From Pseudomonadales bacterium (GTDB lineage Bacteria; Pseudomonadota; Gammaproteobacteria; Pseudomonadales; IMCC2047): 64,000 nucleotides of DNA. The position numbers and the translations under genes were made by a program. The notes under the pieces are model-generated. The model was not told the origin of the DNA, did not search any database, and saw only the letters and a program-made list of their open reading frames with translations. Where the stretch lies: the NCBI GenBank assembly GCA_036960805.1, contig JBALXL010000001.1:129028-193027 (forward strand), read 5' to 3'. Of the stretch, positions 42,339-51,855 are shown piece by piece; position 1 is the first letter of the stretch, and each line of letters opens with the position of its first letter.

Positions 42339-43130
42339 TCAGAACTTCAATTCAAAATTGTCGGCGTCTAAGTGCGCCGGGAATTGTTTACGGATTTTTC
42401 GTAACGCTTGATAACTGAGCGTTTGTGTAAAGCAGCTTGCTTCAGATCGAGCGTTAATGACGTCATCCCCCCAGGCATCAAATAACATTGAATCGCCACT
42501 GTAATCAAGACCATTGCCATCTGTGCCAAGACGGTTCACGCCTGCGACATAAGTCAGGTTTTCTATAGCGCGAGCGCGTAATAAAGACAACCAATGTTGT
42601 CGACGTGGCTCGGGCCAATTGGCGACAAAGATCAGCAGGTCATAATTGTTGTGACCATCGGCATAACTGTTGCGTGACCACACAGGGAAACGCAGGTCAT
42701 AACAGACCATGGGGCAAATACGCCAACCTCGATATTCCACAATTAAACGCTCTGAACCGCCTTGATAGCGATGATGCTCGTTACCCATGCGAAATAGATG
42801 GCGTTTGTCGTAGCAGTGGTATTCACCATCAGGTTTCATGAACACCATGCGGTTATAAAATTGATCGCCTTCTTTGATAGTAAAACTGCCGGTAATAGCC
42901 GCACCACATTGCGAAGCTTGTTCGGTAAGCCATTGTAGTGTTGTGCCCGTCATAGGCTCGGCAACAGGTGCTGGATCCATGCTGAAACCGGTATTAAACA
43001 TTTCCGGCAAAATAATGAGATCCGTTTTGCCTGCCAATGGCGTAATAAGGTTAGCAAAGTGCTGTTGGTTAGCTTTTGCATCAAGCCAGAATAATGGTTG
43101 TTGAATGAGGGTAACGGTTAAATCTTGCAT
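42339..43130 (-). CDS. yafV: Omega-amidase, nitrilase superfamily
   Basis: E-K-C triad: LPEMF, YDKRHLF, CYDLRFP; RARAIEN. Confidence 0.9.
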   Translation of the reverse strand: MQDLTVTLIQQPLFWLDAKANQQHFANLITPLAGKTDLIILPEMFNTGFSMDPAPVAEPMTGTTLQWLTEQASQCGAAITGSFTIKEGDQFYNRMVFMKPDGEYHCYDKRHLFRMGNEHHRYQGGSERLIVEYRGWRICPMVCYDLRFPVWSRNSYADGHNNYDLLIFVANWPEPRRQHWLSLLRARAIENLTYVAGVNRLGTDGNGLDYSGDSMLFDAWGDDVINARSEASCFTQTLSYQALRKIRKQFPAHLDADNFELKF

Positions 43131-43335
43131 GAGTTTCAGCTTTTACCAATGATAAGTTGATGATGATTACGCGCGGCTAATTATTCCATGTGTTTTGTGG
43201 GCTGTCTTGCCTTATCTTGATAGAGTGGCCTAGAAATAAATGCTAAATTACTGTATAAAAATGCCCCTAATTATTGTTGTTAAATATAGAAAATCTTCCG
43301 ACTATCAAATGCTTCGGACACTAGGAAAATAATTT

Positions 43336-44430
43336 ATGAGCTCACGCGTTTTTAATTTTGGCCCCGGCCCTGCCATGTTACCGACAGCGGTAATGGAACG
43401 TGCGCAGGCAGAATTTATGGATTACCAAGGTATGGGTGTTTCAGTGGTTGAGCTGAGTCACCGTTCGCCACAGTTTATGGATATCATCGATCGCTGTGAG
43501 TCGCTGTTCCGTGAGCTTTCCGGTGTGCCCGATAACTTCAAGATTTTCTACATGCATGGCGGCGCACGTATGCAGTTCGCGTCTATTCCCATGAACTTTA
43601 TGCAGCGTGTGGCGAAGCCTAAAGCGCTGTATTTTGAAACGGGTAACTTCGCGAAATTAGCTCGTATAGAAGCTGAACGGTACGGAGAGGTTATTCGAGT
43701 TGTTGATGGCGCAAGCTCTGGCTACAGCGCCATCCCTGAGTTTGATGCGTCAGCGATTGATCAGGACGCGGCTTATGCTCACTTGACGTCTAACAACACT
43801 ATTTTCGGCACTCGCTGGCAGGAGTTTCCGGACACTGGCGATGTGCCATTAGTGGTAGATGCAACGTCTGAGTTACTGTCCCGTGAAATGGATTACAACC
43901 AGTTTGGTCTGGTGTATGCCGGTCTGCAAAAGAACCTCGGCCCATCTGGTGTGGCGATGATGGTTTGTCGCGAAGACCTGCTTGGGCATGCGATGCCTCA
44001 CACGCCAACCATGCTGGACTTTAAAGTGTCAGCTGATGAGAAGTCTCTGGCGAATACCACTAACACCTTCGCAATTTATCTGCTGATGTGTGTATTGGAG
44101 TGGCTGAAGGAGCAGGGCGGTGTTGCTGCCATGGAGAAAATCAACGAGCAAAAAGCCAAGGTTCTGTACGATATTTTGGACACGTCTGATTTTTACTCAG
44201 CGGTTGCGCATCGTGATTTTCGCTCAACTATGAACGTGTCATATCATCTGCCGAATAATAATGAGCTGGCTGATAAGTTTCTTGCCGAAGCGCTGGAGCA
44301 AGGTATGTACGCACTGAAAGGTCACGCTGTTGTGGGTGGTTTGCGAGCGTCTATTTATAACTCTATGCCAATGGAAGGTGTACAAAAACTGGCTGAATTT
44401 ATGAATGAGTTTGAACGCAAAAATGGCTAG
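43336..44430 (+). CDS. serC: Phosphoserine aminotransferase-like protein (divergent)
   Basis: NFGPGPAMLP, ELSHRS, QKNLGPSG (PLP Lys), GGLRASIYN. Confidence 0.85.
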   Translation: MSSRVFNFGPGPAMLPTAVMERAQAEFMDYQGMGVSVVELSHRSPQFMDIIDRCESLFRELSGVPDNFKIFYMHGGARMQFASIPMNFMQRVAKPKALYFETGNFAKLARIEAERYGEVIRVVDGASSGYSAIPEFDASAIDQDAAYAHLTSNNTIFGTRWQEFPDTGDVPLVVDATSELLSREMDYNQFGLVYAGLQKNLGPSGVAMMVCREDLLGHAMPHTPTMLDFKVSADEKSLANTTNTFAIYLLMCVLEWLKEQGGVAAMEKINEQKAKVLYDILDTSDFYSAVAHRDFRSTMNVSYHLPNNNELADKFLAEALEQGMYALKGHAVVGGLRASIYNSMPMEGVQKLAEFMNEFERKNG

Positions 44431-44467
44431 GGTTTGAAAATTAACCAGGGTTGAAATTGTGTTTAGG

Positions 44468-44496
44468 AAACGGGTCGCTTATGCGGCCCGTTTTTG
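44468..44496 (+). terminator. Intrinsic terminator after serC-like gene
   Basis: AAACGGGTCGC-TTAT-GCGGCCCGTTTTT. Confidence 0.85.
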
Positions 44497-44503
44497 TTTG
44501 TTT

Positions 44504-44575
44504 TGTAGGTAATACTCAGTGTGCCCCGCGTTATCGAGTATTAGTCTTATATGGCAGGCTAAAGCCTGACCTACA
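44504..44575 (-). repeat. 72-bp GTAG-REP composite element, copy A
   Basis: Reverse strand: TGTAGGTCAGGCTTTAGCCTGCC, 8-nt spacer, 31-bp core, ATTACCTACA; perfect 7-bp terminal inverted repeats. Confidence 0.75.
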
Positions 44576-44593
44576 GAAGCATGGCAGACGTAA

Positions 44594-44944
44594 TTAAAGC
44601 CGTATCATTTCAATCACCATGCCGTAATAATAAAAAATAGACAGAAAGAAACACGCTACCTCAAACAGATTTAGCGCCAGGCTGAATAGAGCGCTTAGCA
44701 GTCCATGATCCTGAATGTCGTAGCGCAGGTCATAAATGTCAACAATCAAGTCCTGCAGATGGTAATGATCGCCATCGGAAAAACTGTTGTTTAGCGCCAT
44801 AAAAAACATCAGCTGCCAGCACAAAAAAATCAGAAACAGTACATCAACAAATGGCAGGAACAGGCTGTAAAAACTGCTGGCGTGGCCGAAATCTGTGAAG
44901 TGCAGCGACAACGTTCCTAGCAAATAGGTTAGGGTTTTTGGCAT
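44594..44944 (-). CDS. Hypothetical membrane protein
   Basis: 116-aa ORF with 2-3 hydrophobic segments filling the gap; no recognised family. Confidence 0.55.
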   Translation of the reverse strand: MPKTLTYLLGTLSLHFTDFGHASSFYSLFLPFVDVLFLIFLCWQLMFFMALNNSFSDGDHYHLQDLIVDIYDLRYDIQDHGLLSALFSLALNLFEVACFFLSIFYYYGMVIEMIRL

Positions 44945-45082
44945 GGTTTATAGAGCAGATTGAATGACGATAGACTTAGTATAGAATCTTTCCAGGATTT
45001 ACCCTGATTGATATGTTGAAAAATAGCAGATTTTAGCCAAACTAAGAGCATTATTTAGTTTTCGTCAAGCAAAGGAAGCATT

Positions 45083-45679
45083 ATGGATATCAGCACGATT
45101 GTTGGTTTAGTTGTTATCGCCGTTTTGGTGTTTTACGTAGTTGGAATTTACAACCAACTGGTTTCGCTTAAAAATCGTTACGAAAATGCCTTCGCGCAAA
45201 TCGAAGTGCAACTCAAGCGTCGTTATGACCTGATTCCTAATCTGGTAGAAACAGCAAAGGCTTATTTAAGCCATGAACGTGAAACGCTGGAAGCCGTGAT
45301 TGGTGCACGTAATCAAGCCATGGCAGGGTTACAGTCTGCATCAGCGAACCCTGGTAGTGCCGCAGCAATGGGCGAACTAGCTGGAGCAGAAGGATTGTTA
45401 GCGGGTGCGATGGGGCGCTTTAATATGGTGATGGAAGCCTATCCTGACCTTAAGGCCAATCAGAATATGATGCAGCTGACGGAAGAACTTACCAGCACTG
45501 AAAACAAAGTGGCTTTTTCCCGTCAGGCTTTTAATGACTCGGTGACAGGGTACAACACCTACCGCCAGAGCTTCCCCCCCGTTATTGTTGCGCCTACTTT
45601 TGGTCACGGGCAGGATGCTTCGTTACTGGAATTTGAGGACAGCGTAGAAATTCAAAAAGCGCCGGAAGTTAAGTTTTAA
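45083..45679 (+). CDS. lemA: LemA family protein
   Basis: [42 protein letters not shown]. Confidence 0.95.
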   Translation: MDISTIVGLVVIAVLVFYVVGIYNQLVSLKNRYENAFAQIEVQLKRRYDLIPNLVETAKAYLSHERETLEAVIGARNQAMAGLQSASANPGSAAAMGELAGAEGLLAGAMGRFNMVMEAYPDLKANQNMMQLTEELTSTENKVAFSRQAFNDSVTGYNTYRQSFPPVIVAPTFGHGQDASLLEFEDSVEIQKAPEVKF

Positions 45680-45721
45680 TTTCTGTGGGTTATGTTTCCC
45701 GCAGCTTGATGCGTTACAAAA

Positions 45722-45793
45722 TGTAGGTGCGATTTCAGTCGCACGTATTTGGCTAATACCCGATCAAGCGGGGCACGCTGAGTCGAACCCACA
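45722..45793 (+). repeat. 72-bp GTAG-REP composite element, copy B
   Basis: TGTAGGTGCGATTTCAGTCGCAC, 8-nt spacer, 31-bp core (27/31 identical to copy A), CGAACCCACA. Confidence 0.75.
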
Positions 45794-45850
45794 GTGTTCT
45801 AACGCCCCACAGCATTGCTGTGGGATAGTCTTTTTTTGCGAGAGCCAACC

Positions 45851-47797
45851 ATGAATTTCTTTGAACACCAAGACCAGGCCCGCCGTAAAACCGGACATTT
45901 AGTGTTGATGTTTGCGCTGGCCGTGGTGTTTTTGATTTGCCTTACGCAGCTGTTAGTCATGGCTGTGCTGGCGTGGCTTAATGGCATCCCCCTACAGGAA
46001 TGGCAGTTGGCATTACAGTATTTTTCCTGGCCGATGCTGTTCAAAATTGGTGGTGGCATTGGCGCGGTGGTGTTGCTTGCCAGTCTCTATAAATTATCTC
46101 AGCTTTCCAGCGGTGGCAAAGTGGTCGCTGAATCTCTGGGTGGTCGCTTACTCAATATTAATAGCGATGATGCCGATGAGCGCAAGCTGCTTAATGTTGT
46201 GCAGGAAATGGCTATCGCTTCCGGTACTCCAGTACCTCCTGTGTATTTAATTGAAGAGGAAGGTATAAATGCCTTTGCCGCGGGTTATAAACCTGTCGAC
46301 GCGGTGATTGGTGTTACGCGCGGCTGTGTGCAACAGCTTGATCGTGATGAGCTGCAGGGTGTCATCGCACACGAATTCAGCCATATTTTTAATGGTGATA
46401 TGCGTCTTAATGTACGTTTGATCGGAGTCTTACACGGCATTTTGGTGCTGGGTATGATTGGTTATTTCGTGTTACGCAGTGTTTCGCGCACCGGTTATCG
46501 CAGTCGCTCCAGTAAAAACAATAGCGCGCTGCCATTTTTGGCGTTGGGCGCAGGCCTGATGGCTATTGGTTATGTTGGTACCTTTTTTGGTAATTGGATT
46601 AAAGCAGCGGTTAGTCGGCAACGTGAGTTTTTGGCTGATTCTTCGGCGGTGCAATTTACTCGTAATCCGCAAGGTATCAGTGGCGCACTTAAAAAGATTG
46701 GTGGTTTTAGTGCCGGCTCAAAAATAGAGAACCCGCAGGCTAGCGAAATGAGTCATATGTTTTTTGGTCAGGCGGTGCAGCCCTTTTTCTCCAGCCTAAT
46801 GGCGACACATCCACCGTTATCGGATCGGATTACAAGAATTGATCCGAACTGGAGTGGCCGTTTTGACGCCGCCTCAAACTCCGCAGCGAGCACAGCCCAG
46901 GCGGGTTCCGGATTTTCAGGTCAGAGTTCGACAGTATCAGGCTTTGCACCGTCAACCGCAGCAGTCACGGCAACGGCGGTCAGTGAGGAATTGCTTAACA
47001 GCATTGGCGGCACTGACGATAAACATGTGCTTTATGCGCATAACCTGCTTGAGAGTCTGCCTGCTTCGGTGTTGGATGCCGCTAGTGAACCTTATGGAGC
47101 ACGTGCGCTGGTATATTGTTTGTTGCTCGACAGTGACGAAGTTGTGCGTGAAAAGCAGTGGCAACAGTTGAGTGAACATGCCAATTCGGTGGTGTTCGGT
47201 TTTACTCGCCAGTTGAGTGCAACCTTTGAGATGGAGGCTGAATATCGCCTGCCATTGCTTGAGCTAAGTTTGCCTGCCTTGAAACAATTAACCAGTAATC
47301 AGTTTGATCAATTTCGTCAGAATGTCGTCGCTTTAATGCAGGCCGATGCACGCATCGAATTACACGAATGGGCGCTATACCGTGTTTTGTTACATCATTT
47401 ACAACCTCCCAAAACCAAGCTTTCCGAACTAGGCTCAATACGCAGCTTGAAACTGGTGGGTAAAGCCTGTGGTTTGTTGCTATCGGCTATGGCTGAAGCT
47501 GGGGCCGATAATGATGAAACGGGTTTGCAGGCCGCACAACAGGCTTTTGTTGCTGCAACGGAAACATTGGGTTTACAGCGGCTGCAATTTATCAAACGTA
47601 ATGAGTATGACTTAAAGGATTTATCGCGTGCTTTGCAGCTGCTAAACCGATTGCAGCCGTTACAAAAGCCCCGCTTGCTTAAAGCTCTGTGTGCCTGCGT
47701 CAGTCACGATGATGTCATCAAACCGGTGGAAGTTGAGCTGGTGCGTGCGATAGCACTGAATCTCGATTGTCCGATGCCTCCTTTGGTTGTTGATTAA
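45851..47797 (+). CDS. M48 (HtpX-like) membrane zinc metalloprotease with long C-terminal domain
   Basis: MNFFEHQ start, INAFAAG, AHEFSH (HExxH), SRQREFLAD, THPPL; follows lemA. Confidence 0.92.
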   Translation: MNFFEHQDQARRKTGHLVLMFALAVVFLICLTQLLVMAVLAWLNGIPLQEWQLALQYFSWPMLFKIGGGIGAVVLLASLYKLSQLSSGGKVVAESLGGRLLNINSDDADERKLLNVVQEMAIASGTPVPPVYLIEEEGINAFAAGYKPVDAVIGVTRGCVQQLDRDELQGVIAHEFSHIFNGDMRLNVRLIGVLHGILVLGMIGYFVLRSVSRTGYRSRSSKNNSALPFLALGAGLMAIGYVGTFFGNWIKAAVSRQREFLADSSAVQFTRNPQGISGALKKIGGFSAGSKIENPQASEMSHMFFGQAVQPFFSSLMATHPPLSDRITRIDPNWSGRFDAASNSAASTAQAGSGFSGQSSTVSGFAPSTAAVTATAVSEELLNSIGGTDDKHVLYAHNLLESLPASVLDAASEPYGARALVYCLLLDSDEVVREKQWQQLSEHANSVVFGFTRQLSATFEMEAEYRLPLLELSLPALKQLTSNQFDQFRQNVVALMQADARIELHEWALYRVLLHHLQPPKTKLSELGSIRSLKLVGKACGLLLSAMAEAGADNDETGLQAAQQAFVAATETLGLQRLQFIKRNEYDLKDLSRALQLLNRLQPLQKPRLLKALCACVSHDDVIKPVEVELVRAIALNLDCPMPPLVVD

Positions 47798-47815
47798 AGG
47801 ATGTACGCGTCAAAA

Positions 47816-47829
47816 TTGACATAGATCAA
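47816..47829 (+). promoter_or_regulatory. FNR/ANR-type box
   Basis: TTGAC-ATAG-ATCAA versus TTGAT-N4-ATCAA. Confidence 0.6.
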
Positions 47830-47915
47830 GTTTGGCGCACCTAAGTTAGTAATTGCCGGTTGCTGCACTATTCTTGCGGAACCTTCTTGTAATTTTGTGC
47901 TGCATTAAGCATTAG

Positions 47916-50654
47916 ATGAGAAGTGAATTATTCCTCTATATGGTGCTTTTTTTGGCGACAGCAATATTAGTACGTAGACAGTTTAAACAGTTTTTTTCGA
48001 TTGTTTATCTCATTTTGGCTTTGATCTGTGGTTGGTTTATTCCATCCGTAGAGGCAATGGCGAGCCCAGATGTATCGTGGTTAACTGTCGACGAACGATC
48101 ATGGATTGAAAAACACCCTGTCATTCGTATTGGTATTGATACCAACTATCCCCCCTACGAGATCGTTAATAATTTCGGGGAAATGGAAGGTATCAGTGCG
48201 GATTATTTGCAGCTGATATCTGAGGCTACGGGTTTAAAGTTTAAGTTAGTGCCGGGGCTTAACTGGGGGGATGTTGTAACTCGCTTGCGCCGCCATCAGC
48301 TCGATATGTCTCCGGTGATGACGATTACAAAAGATCGCCAAAAGAGTATGTTGTTTACATTACCTTATCTGGATAACCCATATGTGATTGTGACCCGCAA
48401 TGACGGCTTGGATTTTGATAGTGAGATGGATTTAAAGGGTGAGCGGATTGCTTTGGTTCGTGCGTATGCTTCGACAGAACTGGTGCTCGAAAGTGTACCT
48501 GGCGTAGTACCCATTTTCTTTAATTCAGAGTTAAACAGTCTAAAGGCGGTTGCTAGTGGTAAGGCGGTAGCTACGATTGGGCGTTTGGGGGGGGTTGCCC
48601 ACCAAATTCAAAGTCATAACTTAGGTAATCTTAAAATTGCCGCGATGACATCTTTCCCTGCACCGGGCTTGAGTATGGCTATTCGGAATGACTGGCCGGA
48701 ATTACGCAATATTCTGGAGAAGGCGTTGCAGAATATCGGTAACAATCAACGTAATGAAATTGCTCAGCGGTGGATTAAGGTTAAGCAAGATGTATCGATT
48801 GACCTTTTATTAATTTCTCAAATCACAGGGGTTTCTCTCGCATTTATTATTTCGCTTTTTTTATGGAATCGTAAGCTGAAGGGCACGGTTAATATTCGCG
48901 GTGGCCAATTGAAACGTGAACATACATTGCGCCAAGAAAGTGAAAACCGCTTTGCCACCTTGTTTGAAAATGCTACTGAAGCAATTGCTGTAATTGATGT
49001 TGAAACGGGCTTTTTTTATGAAACAAATGCTAACGCGGCAAGCCTGTTTGGATTGTCAAAAGAGGAGCTGTCAGGGCGCTCTATTTGGTATTTGTGTCCA
49101 AGTTTTCAACCTGAAGGTCAGGACAGTAAAGACTGGTTGAAGGAACAATTTTCTAGGGTGATGAACGAAAAATGCCCGATGTTCGAGTGGGTATATAAAA
49201 CGTTAGAGGGTGATGAAAGGCCCTGTGAAATGCGACTGGTGGGGCTGTCATTGCCATCTGCAAATGGCCAACATGTCCGCTGTAGTATGATTGATGTTTA
49301 CGAAAAGAAACGGTCTGAGGAGCGTGTCTATCGGTTGGCTCATTATGATTCGCTCACAGGTTTACCAAATCGTACGTATTTAAGTGGGTGTCTGGAAAAA
49401 GCAATTTCTTTATGCCATGGAACGGATACAAAACTAGCGGTATTGACCCTGGATCTTGATCATTTCAGAAATATCAATGATAGCTTGGGGCACCTTGTTG
49501 GCGACGCGATTTTGGAAGAGGTTGCAAGGCGTTTTGAAGAGATCTTAAGAAAGAAAGATATCTTGGCGCGTATTGGCGGTGATGAATTTGTGGTTTTATT
49601 GGAAGACCTTGATGCCCAAGGTTATGCCGCCCATGTTGCTGCTAATTTGCTTGGGAGTTTAGTGCCTTCGTTTTGGGTTGATGGTATGAAGTTGAATATT
49701 TCAGCCAGCATTGGTATTAGCTTGTGTTGTGAGGAGTCAGATGATGCTGATGATGATCCGGTAACCTTGATAAAAAATTCTGAGTCGGCCATGTATAAGG
49801 CAAAAGAAACCGGCCGGAACAAGTATGAGTTTTATACGCCTGAGCTAACGGTTATAGCTTTGGAGCGAATTACGCTCGGTATAGAACTACGTCGAGCCAT
49901 TGAGGAGAAAAAGGAGCTGGAGGTTTGGTATCAACCACAGTTTTCTCTGAAAACGGGTGATATTTTTGGTGCTGAAGCATTGGTCCGGTGGCGTCACCCG
50001 GAAGCAGGCTTGATTCCACCTGATAAATTTATTCCGATTGCTGAAGAGCAGGGGCTTATTAATGCTCTGGGCCAACAAGTGTTACAACAGGCATGCAAGG
50101 ATATGTCGAATTGGTTGAAGCAAGGGATAAACTTGGATGTGGTGGCAGTCAATGTATCAGGGCATCAAGTTCAGTCGGCAGATTTTGAAACAATTATTTA
50201 TGACACGTTAAGTGAGGAGGGGTTGGATCCTCAGCATCTTCAGTTGGAGATTACCGAAAGCGTTGTTATGGGTCGTGCCGAATATACGATTGAGTTGATG
50301 GAACGGCTCAAGATGCTTGGGATCACTATTGCCATCGATGATTTCGGAACGGGCTATTCCTCCTTGAGTTATCTAAAACGACTGCCTGTTAATAAACTAA
50401 AAATTGACCGCTCATTCGTTACAGGACTTCCGAGTGATAACAATGATAGGGCTATTGTAAAAGCAATCATTGCGTTAAGTGAAAACCTTAATTTGGATGT
50501 CATCGCTGAAGGGATTGAAACGATAGCTCAGCAGCAGTTTTTAGAGAAGGCTGGTTGTCATCAAGGACAAGGGTATCTGAAGGGTAAGCCTACGCCGGCA
50601 GATCAATTTGAAAGATTAGTGACCAGCCACAGGAGCGATCGTCAACGTGCATAA
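47916..50654 (+). CDS. Periplasmic-binding domain / TM / PAS / GGDEF / EAL c-di-GMP enzyme
   Basis: YPPYE..GISADY PBP domain; RKKD I-site plus GGDEF; EAL, DDFGTGYSSL, AEGIET. Confidence 0.93.
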   Translation: MRSELFLYMVLFLATAILVRRQFKQFFSIVYLILALICGWFIPSVEAMASPDVSWLTVDERSWIEKHPVIRIGIDTNYPPYEIVNNFGEMEGISADYLQLISEATGLKFKLVPGLNWGDVVTRLRRHQLDMSPVMTITKDRQKSMLFTLPYLDNPYVIVTRNDGLDFDSEMDLKGERIALVRAYASTELVLESVPGVVPIFFNSELNSLKAVASGKAVATIGRLGGVAHQIQSHNLGNLKIAAMTSFPAPGLSMAIRNDWPELRNILEKALQNIGNNQRNEIAQRWIKVKQDVSIDLLLISQITGVSLAFIISLFLWNRKLKGTVNIRGGQLKREHTLRQESENRFATLFENATEAIAVIDVETGFFYETNANAASLFGLSKEELSGRSIWYLCPSFQPEGQDSKDWLKEQFSRVMNEKCPMFEWVYKTLEGDERPCEMRLVGLSLPSANGQHVRCSMIDVYEKKRSEERVYRLAHYDSLTGLPNRTYLSGCLEKAISLCHGTDTKLAVLTLDLDHFRNINDSLGHLVGDAILEEVARRFEEILRKKDILARIGGDEFVVLLEDLDAQGYAAHVAANLLGSLVPSFWVDGMKLNISASIGISLCCEESDDADDDPVTLIKNSESAMYKAKETGRNKYEFYTPELTVIALERITLGIELRRAIEEKKELEVWYQPQFSLKTGDIFGAEALVRWRHPEAGLIPPDKFIPIAEEQGLINALGQQVLQQACKDMSNWLKQGINLDVVAVNVSGHQVQSADFETIIYDTLSEEGLDPQHLQLEITESVVMGRAEYTIELMERLKMLGITIAIDDFGTGYSSLSYLKRLPVNKLKIDRSFVTGLPSDNNDRAIVKAIIALSENLNLDVIAEGIETIAQQQFLEKAGCHQGQGYLKGKPTPADQFERLVTSHRSDRQRA

Positions 50655-50665
50655 TAGGTTTTACT

Positions 50666-51715
50666 CTATTCGTTGATATTTATTCCTAATTTACTTGCTC
50701 GGCGGCTCCATAGCTTGCGCGCTAGCCTCTGCATATCCTCAATGCGGTCGCTTTCGTCGATAATTTCCAGACCCAGCAAGGTTTCGAAAATGTCCTCCAA
50801 TGTAACAATGCCCTTCATGTCACCATACTCATCCACCACCAGCATCTGGTGCGCCTTAAGGCGGATAAATTCGTCCAGAGATTGAGAGAGAGACATTGAA
50901 TCGAGAGTAGCGTTAATATCGCGACGATAGTGTTTGAGTTGATTGTCGGCATTCCCTTCCGCCTGGGCTATTAACAGGTCAGTACGCAGCACAAAACCAT
51001 GTACTTCGCCCGGTGTCTCTTGATAAATGGGAATACGAGAAAATTGATGGGGGTGCGGGAGTTGAAAAAAATCTGAGATAGTGAGATTTTCTTCTGCAGA
51101 AAACACCACGGTTCGCGGTGTCATCACATCACTGACGTGGATATCTCGAAGCCGTAATAAATTCTTCATTATTTTCGATTCCTGCGGCGCCAGTTGCCCC
51201 TCTTTGACGCTGACCTCGGCCATGGCGGCGAATTCGTCACGGTTAAGGCCGTGCAGGTTGGGCTTGTCGGTGAGCTGTTGAGTCAGTTTTTGCGATAGTT
51301 TTACAAAGGGATAGAGCAGGCGAATTAACCATTGCAGACTGTATGCAGTCACCGGCGCCAGCTGTCGCCAATAATGGGCACCTAATGTTTTGGGAATGAT
51401 TTCTGAAAAGATCAGAATCATAAAGGTCAGAACGGCAGAGGTTATCGCCAGAGAAGTGCTGCCAAAAACAACAGCGGCTTGAGATCCAACACCTGCCGCG
51501 CCGACGGTATGGGCGATGGTGTTGAGCGTCAATATGGCGGCTAAAGGCCGGTCGATATCTTTTTTTAGCTTGCGTAATAATGACGCCGCGGGTTTCTCCT
51601 GTTGTTCCAGAAGGGCGATATGGGCGTTTGTGACACTGAGGATGACCGACTCTGCAATTGAGCAGAGGAAGGAGAAAACCAGTGCCGTTAAGGCATATAA
51701 GATCAGTAATAGCAT
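50666..51715 (-). CDS. CNNM/DUF21-CBS domain membrane protein
   Basis: SFLCSIAES, ILTLNTIAHTVGA, SEIIPK, MTPR, VDEYG. Confidence 0.9.
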   Translation of the reverse strand: MLLLILYALTALVFSFLCSIAESVILSVTNAHIALLEQQEKPAASLLRKLKKDIDRPLAAILTLNTIAHTVGAAGVGSQAAVVFGSTSLAITSAVLTFMILIFSEIIPKTLGAHYWRQLAPVTAYSLQWLIRLLYPFVKLSQKLTQQLTDKPNLHGLNRDEFAAMAEVSVKEGQLAPQESKIMKNLLRLRDIHVSDVMTPRTVVFSAEENLTISDFFQLPHPHQFSRIPIYQETPGEVHGFVLRTDLLIAQAEGNADNQLKHYRRDINATLDSMSLSQSLDEFIRLKAHQMLVVDEYGDMKGIVTLEDIFETLLGLEIIDESDRIEDMQRLARKLWSRRASKLGININE

Positions 51716-51855
51716 AATTGTAGAAAATCCTTTTTAGCCGATATGCAGTAATAATACGCCTTGTGCTGTTGGCGACAAATTAATCGTTATACCGACTTGC
51801 CTATATTGCTGATAGCCTTGAAAATCAGCAGCTTAATCAGAAAGGATTACTCGTC

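Noticed and set aside
48587-48594. G8 tract in the GGDEF-EAL gene as a phase-variation site
   Set aside because: Short, in frame and explained by Leu-Gly-Gly-Val codons; needs read-level data
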